A DNA stretch of 37,713 nt from a virus (Duplodnaviria; Caudoviricetes): positions 1 through 37,713 of the IMG/VR virus record IMGVR_UViG_3300011339_000481. The stretch is one strand, 5' to 3'. The translations under genes and the position numbers were made by a program. Of this stretch, positions 1 to 9,228 are shown piece after piece; position 1 is the first letter of the stretch; each line of letters starts with the position of its first letter. Under the pieces are notes generated by a model. It was not told the origin of the DNA. It worked only from the letters and a program-made list of their open reading frames with translations, and searched no databases.

Positions 1-521
1 TAACCATGAGAAAGCTAATATATGCCCTACTAATCACAGGGCTGTTAGCTTCTGCACAGGCTCCCCCTACTAACTGTGCAAGGGAGTTCTACTTAATCTC
101 CCACTCTATCCATAACCCTGCTGAGAGACATCAACAACTTCTAAGGATACTTTCAATATATGAGTGCACTACTTATGAGTTGAATGATATATGGAACAAC
201 CTAAGTAGCTGGGTAGGATCTGCTGATAGTGCAGAATTAAGACAGAAACTTATTTACGAACACGCTAAAGCTACTCTGAGGGAGTCTAAGAAGTGATCGC
301 CTCCTTACATAAATGGTATCCCTTTGTCTTCCCTGATACACACGATGTTAAGTCAATTGCTTTTGAGAAGAGAGTTGAAAGACTTGAATATGAGTACAGA
401 GAGGCAGTTAAAGCTCAGAAGATAAGGGATGCTATTGAGGAGCTAGCTTTAGAGTTATATAACAAAAGAGCTTATCAAAATACTGTTGAAATAGAAACTT
501 TTAACAATACTAGGCACTTTG
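1..521. repeat. Left copy of 521-bp terminal overlap (direct repeat with 37193..37713)
   Basis: Base-by-base comparison at offset 37192 gives 13 substitutions and no indels. Confidence 0.97.
6..296 (+). CDS. Hypothetical protein with N-terminal signal peptide
   Basis: MRK, hydrophobic stretch, AQA cleavage-like motif; differences between the two copies are mostly synonymous, which supports real coding. Confidence 0.8.
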   Translation: MRKLIYALLITGLLASAQAPPTNCAREFYLISHSIHNPAERHQQLLRILSIYECTTYELNDIWNNLSSWVGSADSAELRQKLIYEHAKATLRESKK

Positions 522-535
522 ATAAATACGCATAA
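293..535 (+). CDS. Hypothetical protein (predicted helical/coiled coil)
   Basis: GTG start overlaps the upstream stop (GTGA), GGGAG RBS; both differences from the partial second copy are synonymous. Confidence 0.8.
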   Translation: MIASLHKWYPFVFPDTHDVKSIAFEKRVERLEYEYREAVKAQKIRDAIEELALELYNKRAYQNTVEIETFNNTRHFDKYA

Positions 536-549
536 GAAGGAGATTAAAT

Positions 550-957
550 ATGTTTGCATTGGATGCACTTTTAAATGTCGGTAGTAAGCTAATTGATAAG
601 CTTATACCAGACCCTGAACAGAAAGCTAAGGCTCAGTTAGAACTACAAAGGATGGCTCAAGAGGGTGAGTTAGCTAAGATGGCTAATGAGACTAAGCTGT
701 ATGAGACTGAACAGAATAATCTAACTCAGCGTATGCAAGCTGATATGGCAAGTGATTCATGGATGTCTAAGAATATACGTCCATTGACTTTAGTGTTCCT
801 CTTAACAGCTTACTCAGGCTTTGCTATTGCCTCCATCTTTGACTATGAAACCCGTGGTGCTTATGTTGAGCTTCTAGGTCAGTGGGGCATGTTAGTGATG
901 TCGTTCTACTTCGGAGGCCGTACAATGGAGAAGATTGCAGATAGGATTAAGAAATGA
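550..957 (+). CDS. Holin (3TM/GTA-holin-like)
   Basis: IRP...hydrophobic segments...FYFGGRTMEK pattern of the 3TM holin family; AAGGAG RBS; directly upstream of the endolysin. Confidence 0.8.
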   Translation: MFALDALLNVGSKLIDKLIPDPEQKAKAQLELQRMAQEGELAKMANETKLYETEQNNLTQRMQADMASDSWMSKNIRPLTLVFLLTAYSGFAIASIFDYETRGAYVELLGQWGMLVMSFYFGGRTMEKIADRIKK

Positions 958-1388
958 CAACTAAGCTAACACCCCACTTTACCTTAGAAGAACTAACCCA
1001 TACAGATCACAGACAGTATGATAACACTCCTAACGAACAAGAACTTGAAAACCTCAAAAGACTTGCTGAGTTCCTTGAGGAGGTCAAAGCAGCCTTGGGT
1101 GGAAGACCCGTCATGGTTAACTCAGCTTTTAGAAGTAAGCAAGTCAATGACGCTGTTGGCTCTAAAGATAGTAGCCAGCATCGTATTGGTTGTGCTGTGG
1201 ACATCAGAGTACCTCAACTAACCCCTGATGAAGTTGTTAAGACAATCGTAGCTGCGGGGCTACCTTATGATCAACTTATACGTGAGTTTGATAGATGGAC
1301 ACATATCAGTATTCCTAACAAACCTAATATGGATCCTCGAAGACAGGTACTGATTATCGATAAGCAAGGTACTAGGTTGTACACTTAA
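954..1388 (+). CDS. Endolysin, peptidase M15A family
   Basis: HFTLEE, SAFRS, SQHRIGCAVD and WTHIS Zn-peptidase motifs. Confidence 0.9.
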   Translation: MTTKLTPHFTLEELTHTDHRQYDNTPNEQELENLKRLAEFLEEVKAALGGRPVMVNSAFRSKQVNDAVGSKDSSQHRIGCAVDIRVPQLTPDEVVKTIVAAGLPYDQLIREFDRWTHISIPNKPNMDPRRQVLIIDKQGTRLYT

Positions 1389-1391
1389 AAG

Positions 1392-1429
1392 AAAAGCCCT
1401 TTAGAGTTATCAGCTCTAAGGGGCTTTTT
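1392..1429. terminator. Bidirectional rho-independent terminator between the two genome arms
   Basis: AAAAGCCCTTTAGAG-loop-CTCTAAGGGGCTTTTT stem with A/T tails on both sides, located where the + and - gene blocks converge. Confidence 0.9.
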
Positions 1430-1431
1430 AG

Positions 1432-1587
1432 TTAGTCTAGAATGAATGCTAGAGTAATGAATCCAATGTGTAAGTAGATAACAGGTACAGGTTCATCACC
1501 CATGTTGTCCTCTTCATCTAATATGTACAGTTGATCAGCTTCTAAGCCAAACACTAAACCAGCTTTAGTTTCAAATTCAAGAGTCAT
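1432..1587 (-). CDS. Small hypothetical protein, 51 aa, hydrophobic C-terminus (MTLEFETKAG...AFILD); not in ORF track
   Basis: Manual translation; GAAGGAG RBS; fills the gap between glutaredoxin and the terminator. Confidence 0.75.
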   Translation of the reverse strand: MTLEFETKAGLVFGLEADQLYILDEEDNMGDEPVPVIYLHIGFITLAFILD

Positions 1588-1768
1588 TTAAGTCTCCTTC
1601 AACAACTGTAAAAGGTACAGATCTTACTGTAGGAAACTTACTCATAAACTCTTTCCTTGTGATGTCCTTACCGATGTTAATCTCTTTAAAAGGTCTACCC
1701 TCTTGTGTGAGAGTAGCCTTCAAAGATACACAAGCTGGACAGTTATCCTTTGTGTACACTGTGATCAT
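1577..1768 (-). CDS. Glutaredoxin/NrdH-like redoxin
   Basis: VYTKDNCPAC and RSVP motifs; adjacent to the ribonucleotide reductase. Confidence 0.9.
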   Translation of the reverse strand: MITVYTKDNCPACVSLKATLTQEGRPFKEINIGKDITRKEFMSKFPTVRSVPFTVVEGDLNDS

Positions 1769-1771
1769 GTC

Positions 1772-3679
1772 TTAGATCTCGCAGCCACCTGCAGTGCAGG
1801 CTAGTGTCTGAGCACCTTCAACATTGTCAGTTCTTTCAATGAACTTATCCCAGTCAATACCTAAAGGCATCTTAGACACCATGTCGTGATACTCAAACTC
1901 AGTCATGGACTCATAAGGAGCTTGTCTGTATGTTCCTCCGTCCATTGGCAGGAAGCTCACACCGGTAATCTCATCAAAGTTATTCCATACCCAAGCCCCT
2001 ACTTCAGGCCATTCATTCTCGTTCACTGAGATAGTCACTGAAGGCTTATGCTCACAGTAATGTCTCTGGAACAACAACCACAGACGCAAGTGCTTAATAG
2101 CATTCAAGTCCTCACGAAGTACAGCACCTTTCTCAACTCTCATTGGGAAGCTAAATACTGTAGTACTCTCAGGCTTCATCACACAAGGCTCAGCAGGGAA
2201 TCCCTGAGCTTTCAAGAAGTCAGTCAGAGGATCCTTGTTATCAGATCGTACACGACGAATAAAATACTGACTGTGCTGAGGGTGGATACCGCTAGCAGTA
2301 CCAGTAAGCTGAGAGACAGTGCCCTCTGGCTTAATGGCAGTGATGGCAGCACTTCGACCAATACCAATAGAATCAGCAAACTCAGCGTTAGTGTCAATAG
2401 CAACATTCTTCAAGCCTTCCAAAATATTAGGTAACTCAGTATTATCAGGATCATTCAACAAGGTGTTATCCAAGATACCTGTCATAGAGACACCCAACAA
2501 GCGTTCCTCTTCAGTGTTTGTCTGCCACACCTTACGAAGGTACGGGAAGTGAGTCATTGTCGATTGAAAAGTCCCCAGAATAGTAGCCATACGCACCTTA
2601 TTCCGTAGAGTATCCACACTATCATCGCTCCGAACAATAACAGAAGACAGATTACAAAATTGATAAGGTCTAAGGATAATCTCACTGCAAGGGTTTGTAC
2701 CCCACTCTTTACCCAATTCCCTACGTCCACTCTTAGCTGCTTGAAGTTCACTTGCATAACGATTAAAGATACCTCGCTCACCTGAATGAGATTCATAGAT
2801 GCTTGACCACTCACGCATGAACTTACCTACTTCAGGCTTAACTTCGTAGATGGCACTGTTGTTAGCCAATGCTCGTTGACCGTTACCATCCCACCAGTTA
2901 CCAGCTTTAGCGTGAGCCATACGATCATCACTCAAGTCTGACAGAGAGATCATAGCCGATCTACGCACTCCACCGACCACCACAACTTCGCCAACTTTGC
3001 AGAGGATGTCGTGAGCTTCCAAGCTTGTAAGTTTTCGTCCAGCAGCAAGCTTGAATTTATTAACAACATACTTGAACAACTCGACAAGAGGCTCAGGGCC
3101 ACTGGCACGTCCACCGAAGGTCTTGAGTCGTGTACCTGCAGGCCGTACAGCAGATACATCCCACTTCGGAATCTCACCGGCATACAGTAAGGCAATAACT
3201 TGTCGTAGAGCCTTTGCCCATCCCTCTTTGGAGTCCTTAACATTAATGACAGTGCCACTATTGAACAACTCAGTAGGGATCTCAGGTAACTTATTGACAT
3301 ACTTCTGCTCCACACTAAAGCCTACACCTGTACCACACAAGAGAATGTACATAGCCTCATCAAATGCTTTAGGATCATCAATAGGAAGATATGAACAGTT
3401 ATAGCCTGCAATGTTCTGTCGCTCTAAAGCATCACCAGCTGTCATGATGCTACGCATTGAAGGCATCACTTCCAAGTTAGTCACAGCTGTCTGTAACTCA
3501 GTACGCAGATTAGCTGGAATGTCGTAGTTATGCTTCTCTTTCAAGTGCTTGGTCATGAAGTCAAAGTAGCGATTGACAGTCTCAGGCCAATGCTCTCGAC
3601 GACCTTTATCATCCAAGTAACGAGAGTAGCGGCTCTTACCGATGTACTCTTGGTAAGGTGTCATTTTAGTTGTACTCAT
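1772..3679 (-). CDS. nrdJ: Class II (adenosylcobalamin-dependent) ribonucleotide reductase
   Basis: YNC, GGVRRSA, TNPCSEI, CNL, IKPEGTVSQL motifs and C-terminal CTAGGC redox tail; no beta subunit gene present. Confidence 0.93.
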   Translation of the reverse strand: MSTTKMTPYQEYIGKSRYSRYLDDKGRREHWPETVNRYFDFMTKHLKEKHNYDIPANLRTELQTAVTNLEVMPSMRSIMTAGDALERQNIAGYNCSYLPIDDPKAFDEAMYILLCGTGVGFSVEQKYVNKLPEIPTELFNSGTVINVKDSKEGWAKALRQVIALLYAGEIPKWDVSAVRPAGTRLKTFGGRASGPEPLVELFKYVVNKFKLAAGRKLTSLEAHDILCKVGEVVVVGGVRRSAMISLSDLSDDRMAHAKAGNWWDGNGQRALANNSAIYEVKPEVGKFMREWSSIYESHSGERGIFNRYASELQAAKSGRRELGKEWGTNPCSEIILRPYQFCNLSSVIVRSDDSVDTLRNKVRMATILGTFQSTMTHFPYLRKVWQTNTEEERLLGVSMTGILDNTLLNDPDNTELPNILEGLKNVAIDTNAEFADSIGIGRSAAITAIKPEGTVSQLTGTASGIHPQHSQYFIRRVRSDNKDPLTDFLKAQGFPAEPCVMKPESTTVFSFPMRVEKGAVLREDLNAIKHLRLWLLFQRHYCEHKPSVTISVNENEWPEVGAWVWNNFDEITGVSFLPMDGGTYRQAPYESMTEFEYHDMVSKMPLGIDWDKFIERTDNVEGAQTLACTAGGCEI

Positions 3680-3680
3680 A

Positions 3681-3839
3681 TTATTGTATTTCCTTTGTTA
3701 AATATTCTTGTTTATTCTCAATTACATCATCAAATCTATCGACAAGATCATCACTCTGGATTCCTAGCAGTTCCAAGAGTGTGACCTCATCTAATCGTTT
3801 GAGAGCCTCTTTCAGTTCTTCAAATGTTATGTTGCTCAC
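3681..3839 (-). CDS. Small acidic hypothetical protein, 52 aa (MSNITFEELK...KEIQ); not in ORF track
   Basis: Manual translation from GTG; stop lies 1 nt before the nrdJ start. Confidence 0.7.
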   Translation of the reverse strand: MSNITFEELKEALKRLDEVTLLELLGIQSDDLVDRFDDVIENKQEYLTKEIQ

Positions 3840-4209
3840 GCTTGTTGATCTCCCTGTCAATGTACCATTTAGCTTTCTTTAAGTCTTCAATGGCATCCTT
3901 CTTAAGATCACAACGCCAGATATATTTGATTGCATTACCTAGATTAAAGCCCATGTGTTCTGTAATCTGGATACATTCAATACCTGATGGATGTTCAGTG
4001 TAGTGCTTAGGCTTGTGTACACTGTCATTAGCCCACTCACTATGATCTGAGTCTACCCACTCTTTAATGGCTTCACTTAAAGGCTTTGCAGAATCTTTGA
4101 TGTACAGATCCCGTTTAACCCACTTATCGTAGTTAAAACAATCTACACAGGGATGGATACCTCCATATAGCTCACTGTAAAAGCAGGTATTACAAGTTTT
4201 ATCCACCAT
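3820..4209 (-). CDS. DUF3310-domain protein with N-terminal CxxC pairs
   Basis: VHKPKHY...IECI...GNAIKYIWR...EDLKKAKWY signature; start placed at ATG 4209 behind GGAG. Confidence 0.85.
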   Translation of the reverse strand: MVDKTCNTCFYSELYGGIHPCVDCFNYDKWVKRDLYIKDSAKPLSEAIKEWVDSDHSEWANDSVHKPKHYTEHPSGIECIQITEHMGFNLGNAIKYIWRCDLKKDAIEDLKKAKWYIDREINKREQHNI

Positions 4210-4963
4210 ATCGTTTCTCCAAGTATTCAATGCTTAAGAACATTTCATCGAAGTGTCCGTCCTGTACTTCATTCATCATCAGTAAGCCCCTCCAATGTCT
4301 GTTACTTAGTTGATCCATGTAAGATTCATCATGGAGATAGTAAGAGCCAACAATGATAGCACATATAGGCTTTCCATCAGCACGCTTGCCATAAGCGATC
4401 TGCTTTCCCTGCTGATGACCAGCCACACAAGACATGTGAAGTTTATTAATAATAGCACTCGCTGCTCCAGCTGGCCTACCCATAGCTCCAACAGGCCAAT
4501 AGTGATTAAAGCCAACACCATTGATAAACACAGGGTGAAGGAATCCATGTACCTCCCAATCTTTCTCATAGTCTAAGTCCTTTGTAGATATCAAACCCTC
4601 TAGAGTTGGGTTATTGTTAACAGCCCTGTCAATCCTATTCTCATGATTCCCTAGAGTCATCACCATACGAGGTTTATATACCCTGTGCTTAGATTCCTTC
4701 TGAGCCTTCTGAGCTTGTCTTAAAGGTGCTAGTAGAAGCTTCATAGCCTCCTTAGCAGCTTCAATGTCCTTCTTGTAGCGTAGACCTTCAAAGTACTTAC
4801 TCCCTTTGACATCGTGGCTACTAAGGCTTGGCATGTCAGCAAAGTCACCTAGATTAACAACTACATCAGGTTTGTAATCGACAATAGCTTTACCAGCCCA
4901 TGTCAGATGCTCTAAAGGTACACCTTCTTTAACTTGTGCGTCCGGTATCACTAATATCTTCAA
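4199..4963 (-). CDS. Calcineurin-like metallophosphoesterase
   Basis: IPDAQ, GDFAD, GNHE, NHY and GHQQ motifs; TTG start at 4963 behind GAAGGAG. Confidence 0.85.
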   Translation of the reverse strand: MKILVIPDAQVKEGVPLEHLTWAGKAIVDYKPDVVVNLGDFADMPSLSSHDVKGSKYFEGLRYKKDIEAAKEAMKLLLAPLRQAQKAQKESKHRVYKPRMVMTLGNHENRIDRAVNNNPTLEGLISTKDLDYEKDWEVHGFLHPVFINGVGFNHYWPVGAMGRPAGAASAIINKLHMSCVAGHQQGKQIAYGKRADGKPICAIIVGSYYLHDESYMDQLSNRHWRGLLMMNEVQDGHFDEMFLSIEYLEKRYGG

Positions 4964-5123
4964 GATCAACTCCTTCAACAGTTATCTTCTCACCACTACG
5001 GATACCAGCTTTGATAGCCTCCAATATGCCATAACTTAGAAGTGCCTTAGCCTCTTCTTGAGTCAAGTCAAACATGTAGGTAGCATCACCGTTCTCATGT
5101 TCCTTAATCAGCTCTACATTCAC
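4929..5123 (-). CDS. Hypothetical protein
   Basis: ORF overlapping its neighbours within the operon; GGAGG upstream. Confidence 0.7.
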   Translation of the reverse strand: MNVELIKEHENGDATYMFDLTQEEAKALLSYGILEAIKAGIRSGEKITVEGVDLEDISDTGRTS

Positions 5124-5373
5124 TTTGAGCCTCCTTAATAAACTCTTCAGCGTCTGCTCTAACCATAAAGTACTTTAGACAGGTGGCAATAGCTGCATTG
5201 ACTTTTAAGTTCTCTTCAATGTCCTCAGGATGACTACTAAATCCTCCGTTAAGAGTATTCAAGTAAGTCTCTTTAAGATTATCTACTGTAATGGCATCAC
5301 ATAAATCATACCAAGCATGTCTAGCTTCTTGTGAGTTTTCAAGTGCTTTAATAAGATTATTTAACATAATCAT
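5104..5373 (-). CDS. Hypothetical protein
   Basis: ATGA overlap with the endonuclease stop. Confidence 0.75.
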   Translation of the reverse strand: MIMLNNLIKALENSQEARHAWYDLCDAITVDNLKETYLNTLNGGFSSHPEDIEENLKVNAAIATCLKYFMVRADAEEFIKEAQSECRAD

Positions 5374-5801
5374 TTACCCTTTCTAGTTTCATTTAACCAT
5401 GATACTGGGATCTCTTTATCGGCATACAAGAAACCGTGCTTAGAGCACCAATCTCCGTATGTTGTCTGACTAATCTTTGACAGTCTAGCTTTAGAGTTAC
5501 TAAAGACAAATCTAATATCTAACTCAGGATATTGCTCCTTAATCATTAGATGCTTCTGTCTATCAGCAGTCATAAACCTTCCTTTGCTCTCGATGATAAT
5601 GTCATTCTCCAAGAGTACAAAGTCAGGGGTGTATTTTCTAGCCTTAGAAGGTTGGATATAATTGATAACTAACTGTTCATACTCAAAAGGTATTCCTTGA
5701 GTAGTTAAACTATCAGCTATCTTGTCCTCTAAGCCAGATCTAAAGCCATGCTTCAAAGCTACCTGTCTTGCCGATAAAGATTTCTTCTTACGTGGCTTCA
5801 T
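5370..5801 (-). CDS. T7 endonuclease I-like Holliday junction resolvase
   Basis: FRSGLE, YTPDF, ESKGRF, DRQKHL and DIRFVF motifs as in T7 gp3. Confidence 0.92.
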   Translation of the reverse strand: MKPRKKKSLSARQVALKHGFRSGLEDKIADSLTTQGIPFEYEQLVINYIQPSKARKYTPDFVLLENDIIIESKGRFMTADRQKHLMIKEQYPELDIRFVFSNSKARLSKISQTTYGDWCSKHGFLYADKEIPVSWLNETRKGK

Positions 5802-6087
5802 TTGAATCCTTTGTCACTTGATACTGATGAAGGAAAGCTCCAAAGGTATCAACAAACTCCTCATCATGGTTTAGCTTACCCATCGTGAACATAATGGCAT
5901 GAACTAACTCATGGTAGAAGGTCTGCTCAGTAGTCTGCTTATTCATATCCATACGGATAAAGATAGTCTGCTTCTCAGGATCACACTTACCTAGCTCTTC
6001 CATATGAGGCAGATAAACTACGCTCCATCTAGATCCTGCGAGATTGAAGGAGGTTGCCATATCTGGTTTGATACTCTTCTTAACCAT
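5788..6087 (-). CDS. Small HExxH zincin-like metallopeptidase-fold protein
   Basis: GKCD...IFI...TFYHELVHAI...DEEFV; start could instead be ATG 6060. Confidence 0.7.
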   Translation of the reverse strand: MVKKSIKPDMATSFNLAGSRWSVVYLPHMEELGKCDPEKQTIFIRMDMNKQTTEQTFYHELVHAIMFTMGKLNHDEEFVDTFGAFLHQYQVTKDSNEAT

Positions 6088-6734
6088 AGCAGCTTACCGT
6101 TCTCCAATACCCTGTCAGAATTGCCGTCATAAGCTTTGAGACAAGCTTCATATAATTCCCTTTCAGTTGTACAGTCCTTAAGTATCTTATCAGCCTTTAC
6201 AGGGCCGATACCTCGTAAGCCCTCGATGTTATCAACTCTGTCACCTGTCAGTATCTGTTTGTAGAAACTGTACAAGCCCTCAAACTCGGTAACATAATAC
6301 TCCTCATCCTTAACAGGATTATAGTGCCATCCCGGTAACTGATCTAGATCTTTATCAACATGAACTATCCAGTAGTTACCTTGAGTGGACGCTATGCCTA
6401 CAGCATCATCAGCTTCCTCACCATCAGACATGATAGCTCCTAGCTTCATGAGATGTTTGCGAAGAGCATCGTAGTGTTTAGGCTTGGGAGCATCCTTACG
6501 ATTGCCTTTATAAGGAACAGTGGTAGCTACATCAAATCTAAAGTTAGTCTTACCTGTAATCCAAGCCTTGTAGTCATCACACTTCAAGCGCATATAGATA
6601 ATGTCGGTAAACCACTCTGTGAGTCGATTTAGTGCCCACCGTTCTTCTTCGTCCTCATTAGAGAAGCCGACTTTATAAACTAAGAAGTCGGCATCTACTA
6701 AGGCCTCTGTAGGTTTATCCTTAGAGGATATCAT
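6018..6734 (-). CDS. 5'-3' exonuclease (T7 gp6/FEN-like)
   Basis: VDAD, YKGNRK, EADD, DKDL and GDRVDNIEGLRGIGP motifs. Confidence 0.9.
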   Translation of the reverse strand: MISSKDKPTEALVDADFLVYKVGFSNEDEEERWALNRLTEWFTDIIYMRLKCDDYKAWITGKTNFRFDVATTVPYKGNRKDAPKPKHYDALRKHLMKLGAIMSDGEEADDAVGIASTQGNYWIVHVDKDLDQLPGWHYNPVKDEEYYVTEFEGLYSFYKQILTGDRVDNIEGLRGIGPVKADKILKDCTTERELYEACLKAYDGNSDRVLENGKLLWLRRVSNQIWQPPSISQDLDGA

Positions 6735-7155
6735 CAGTCTCTTCTTCAGTGGCTTCAGCACCATCTGGAGAGTAAACTTTAAGTTCAGTAATCACAACCT
6801 TCTTGATTGATGGTGCAGCACCGAACTTAGCTGACATCTTGTGACGGTATGAGGACACCAGTGCATAACACTTAGTACCATTACCAATCTTGCTGATGTC
6901 TACAGGGTTACCTTCTTCATCCACAGGCTCAAATACGAACTTAGACTTACCTACAATGTACTTACCCATTGTGTCTTTGTCTTTAAGTTTAATACCAAGC
7001 TCTTCCAACTTACCGCAAGCTGCTTCACTTAACTGACCAAGTGTGCATTCATACTTATCGTTAGCCTCGTTGAACTTCTTATTGTGCTCCTTCATCCAGT
7101 TAGACCAATACAGTTCACCAGCGACTTTTACGGGTTTGATGCTATCAATACTCAT
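6721..7155 (-). CDS. Single-stranded DNA-binding protein (gp2.5-like)
   Basis: Lies between polymerase and exonuclease, has a beta-rich pattern and an acidic C-tail EATEEETDDIL; AAGGA RBS before ATG 7155. Confidence 0.7.
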   Translation of the reverse strand: MSIDSIKPVKVAGELYWSNWMKEHNKKFNEANDKYECTLGQLSEAACGKLEELGIKLKDKDTMGKYIVGKSKFVFEPVDEEGNPVDISKIGNGTKCYALVSSYRHKMSAKFGAAPSIKKVVITELKVYSPDGAEATEEETDDIL

Positions 7156-7177
7156 TTCATTTTCCTTTAATGTTAAT

Positions 7178-7333
7178 TTACTCAGCTGCAATAGTTGCTG
7201 CTTCTTGTTTGTCTTGCTCTTGGAATTGAGCTACCAACTTCTGATGCAACGGGAATGCACCTGACTCAGTAGGCAACTGACCAATCACTCGAACAATGAA
7301 GGCAGCTTCATTAGGTTCTACGTTAAATACCAT
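7178..7333 (-). CDS. Small hypothetical protein, 51 aa (MVFNVEPNEA...IAAE); not in ORF track
   Basis: Manual translation; GAGGA RBS. Confidence 0.75.
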   Translation of the reverse strand: MVFNVEPNEAAFIVRVIGQLPTESGAFPLHQKLVAQFQEQDKQEAATIAAE

Positions 7334-7346
7334 TTTAGTTCCTCTA

Positions 7347-7553
7347 TTAATGCAGCTCTTTTGATGGGTGAGCTACCATACCCAATGCTAGTTCTTCCAA
7401 GTGTACCACAGCCGATACTAAGACTGTGTATACCTCTTCAAGATCTAGATCCTCTCCTATCTTAACCTTGAAAGTATCACCTTCAACGTTAAAGACTATC
7501 TGATTCTTCTCAATGTGTTTGTCGCCAGTTGTTACCAATTTTAAACTCCCCAT
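7347..7553 (-). CDS. Hypothetical protein (start uncertain)
   Basis: ORF fills the gap downstream of the polymerase. Confidence 0.6.
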   Translation of the reverse strand: MGSLKLVTTGDKHIEKNQIVFNVEGDTFKVKIGEDLDLEEVYTVLVSAVVHLEELALGMVAHPSKELH

Positions 7554-9228
7554 CTAACGGACAGCGAAGCTTAAAGTATTCTCCAGCTTCAACGATGCTA
7601 TTTCTAGCTGCTTCACCTACTATTGTAGCATATTCCTTAGAAACTTCAAGCTGAAATTCATCATGGACATTAGCTACAAACTTTACAGGCCACTTGTTAG
7701 CCTTAGTCTTATCATAAAATAATACTAAAGCTTTCTTCATCACTATCGCCCCAGCCCCTTGAAGGAGCGAATTGAGGGCAGCGTGTTCACTGCGTACCCA
7801 TATCTTACGACCATCAAGCCCCGGTACAAAGCCCTTACTCGCATATTTGCTAACCGTACTTCTAAGACGCTGTAAGGCAGGTGTGTTCGCAAGGAAGGAA
7901 TCGATAAGCTTCTGTCCCGCCTTAGCATTACCACCGACAATGGAGCCAATCTTAGCTGGCCCTGCACCGTATAGGAATGCGTAAATAAAGGTCTTAGCTT
8001 GATCCCTCGTTTGTAACCCTGCAGCTTTCTGATTCTGCGTATGTACATCAGTGCCATCCTTGGACGAACCTTCTGTGACTGTCTTAACATAGTTTTCATC
8101 CTTCATATAATGAGCAAGCATACGCAACTCAAGGCCACTAGCGTCACAACCAACCAGTACATTGTTGCTTTCAACAGTCCAACACTCTCTACATTCTTTT
8201 CCATAGATGCTCCCTGAATTAGGAATCTGTGCCATGTTAGGACTACTGTGTGTCATCCTACCTGTAACAGCCCCATTCGTGATAACTTTACCGTGAACTC
8301 TACCATCCTTACCTACAGCTTCTAACCAGCTTTCAATCTGAGCTACTCGTTTCTGTAGCATCAGGTATTCAGCAATCATCTGAGCTTCAGGAATGTTAGT
8401 AACCTTAGACAGTACAGATTCATCGACAATAGCCTGACCCTTCTCAGTAAACTCTTTAGGCTTCCACCCAAGCTCCATCAACTTCTGTCCGATTTGTTGT
8501 CTACTTCCGGGATTGAAAGTATCAACGGAATCTTTGAGAGGCTTTCCATTGGTTTTGTGGAATCTTGGAGTGATGACTGGAGGCCATCTCTCTTGCATCT
8601 TCTCATATATTCCTGCCATCTTTCCTTTGATGTCAGCAAGTAAACAGGTTGTGAAGGGTAAATCAAGTTTGAATCCTGACCTTTCTTGTTCGGCAATAAT
8701 TGCAGCTACCTTGTGTTCCAAGATAAGGCTTTCCTCTGAAAAGTCCTTCTTAGTGAATTCACTAGTAAGATGCTTATAAAGATCACAAGTGACCTCAACA
8801 TCCCTAATGCAGTAATGCTCAAGAAGAGCCATGTGAGGAACATTAAAGCACTCACCTTTGTATTCCTCTCGTCTGTTCATCAACCATGTCCACACTCCTG
8901 TATAGTCAATCTTACTCCTCTTTAATCTCTCTCCCCATGCGTCTAAGCTGTGCCCGTTCTCTATTGAGGGATCTAGCAGTCTTGATGCTATCAGTGTATC
9001 GTACACTTGGTTCAAGCGAATCTTCGTAGTCCAGAGCCTGTTCAATATCGGAAAATCGAAGCCTATCCCGTTGTGAGCGACTATCAACGTAACGCCCTTT
9101 AAATACTCCCCTAGGCTCTTTGCTTCTTTCCATACCTTTACTTCTCCAGTGTCGATGTCCTTAGTTACTACCATCCAGATCGTGTTGTGATCTAATGTTG
9201 TCTCTATGTCTAGAACGATACGCTTCAT
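7510..9228 (-). CDS. polA: Family A DNA polymerase with 3'-5' exonuclease, T7-type (Tyr at the Pol I 762-equivalent position)
   Basis: ExoI DIET, ExoII HNGIGFD, ExoIII YCIRD; motif A DASGLELR, motif B RDQAKTFIYAFLYG, motif C VHDE. Confidence 0.96.
   Translation of the reverse strand: MKRIVLDIETTLDHNTIWMVVTKDIDTGEVKVWKEAKSLGEYLKGVTLIVAHNGIGFDFPILNRLWTTKIRLNQVYDTLIASRLLDPSIENGHSLDAWGERLKRSKIDYTGVWTWLMNRREEYKGECFNVPHMALLEHYCIRDVEVTCDLYKHLTSEFTKKDFSEESLILEHKVAAIIAEQERSGFKLDLPFTTCLLADIKGKMAGIYEKMQERWPPVITPRFHKTNGKPLKDSVDTFNPGSRQQIGQKLMELGWKPKEFTEKGQAIVDESVLSKVTNIPEAQMIAEYLMLQKRVAQIESWLEAVGKDGRVHGKVITNGAVTGRMTHSSPNMAQIPNSGSIYGKECRECWTVESNNVLVGCDASGLELRMLAHYMKDENYVKTVTEGSSKDGTDVHTQNQKAAGLQTRDQAKTFIYAFLYGAGPAKIGSIVGGNAKAGQKLIDSFLANTPALQRLRSTVSKYASKGFVPGLDGRKIWVRSEHAALNSLLQGAGAIVMKKALVLFYDKTKANKWPVKFVANVHDEFQLEVSKEYATIVGEAARNSIVEAGEYFKLRCPLDGEFKIGNNWRQTH

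Noticed and set aside
1-521. Diverged repeat pair as a diversity-generating retroelement TR/VR
   Set aside because: Mismatches are not adenine-specific and are mostly synonymous, and no reverse transcriptase is encoded
2048-3882. Antisense and alternate-frame ORFs over nrdJ (similar ones lie over polA, portal, capsid and ejection genes)
   Set aside because: No RBS or recognisable motifs; explained as shadows of codon bias in the real genes
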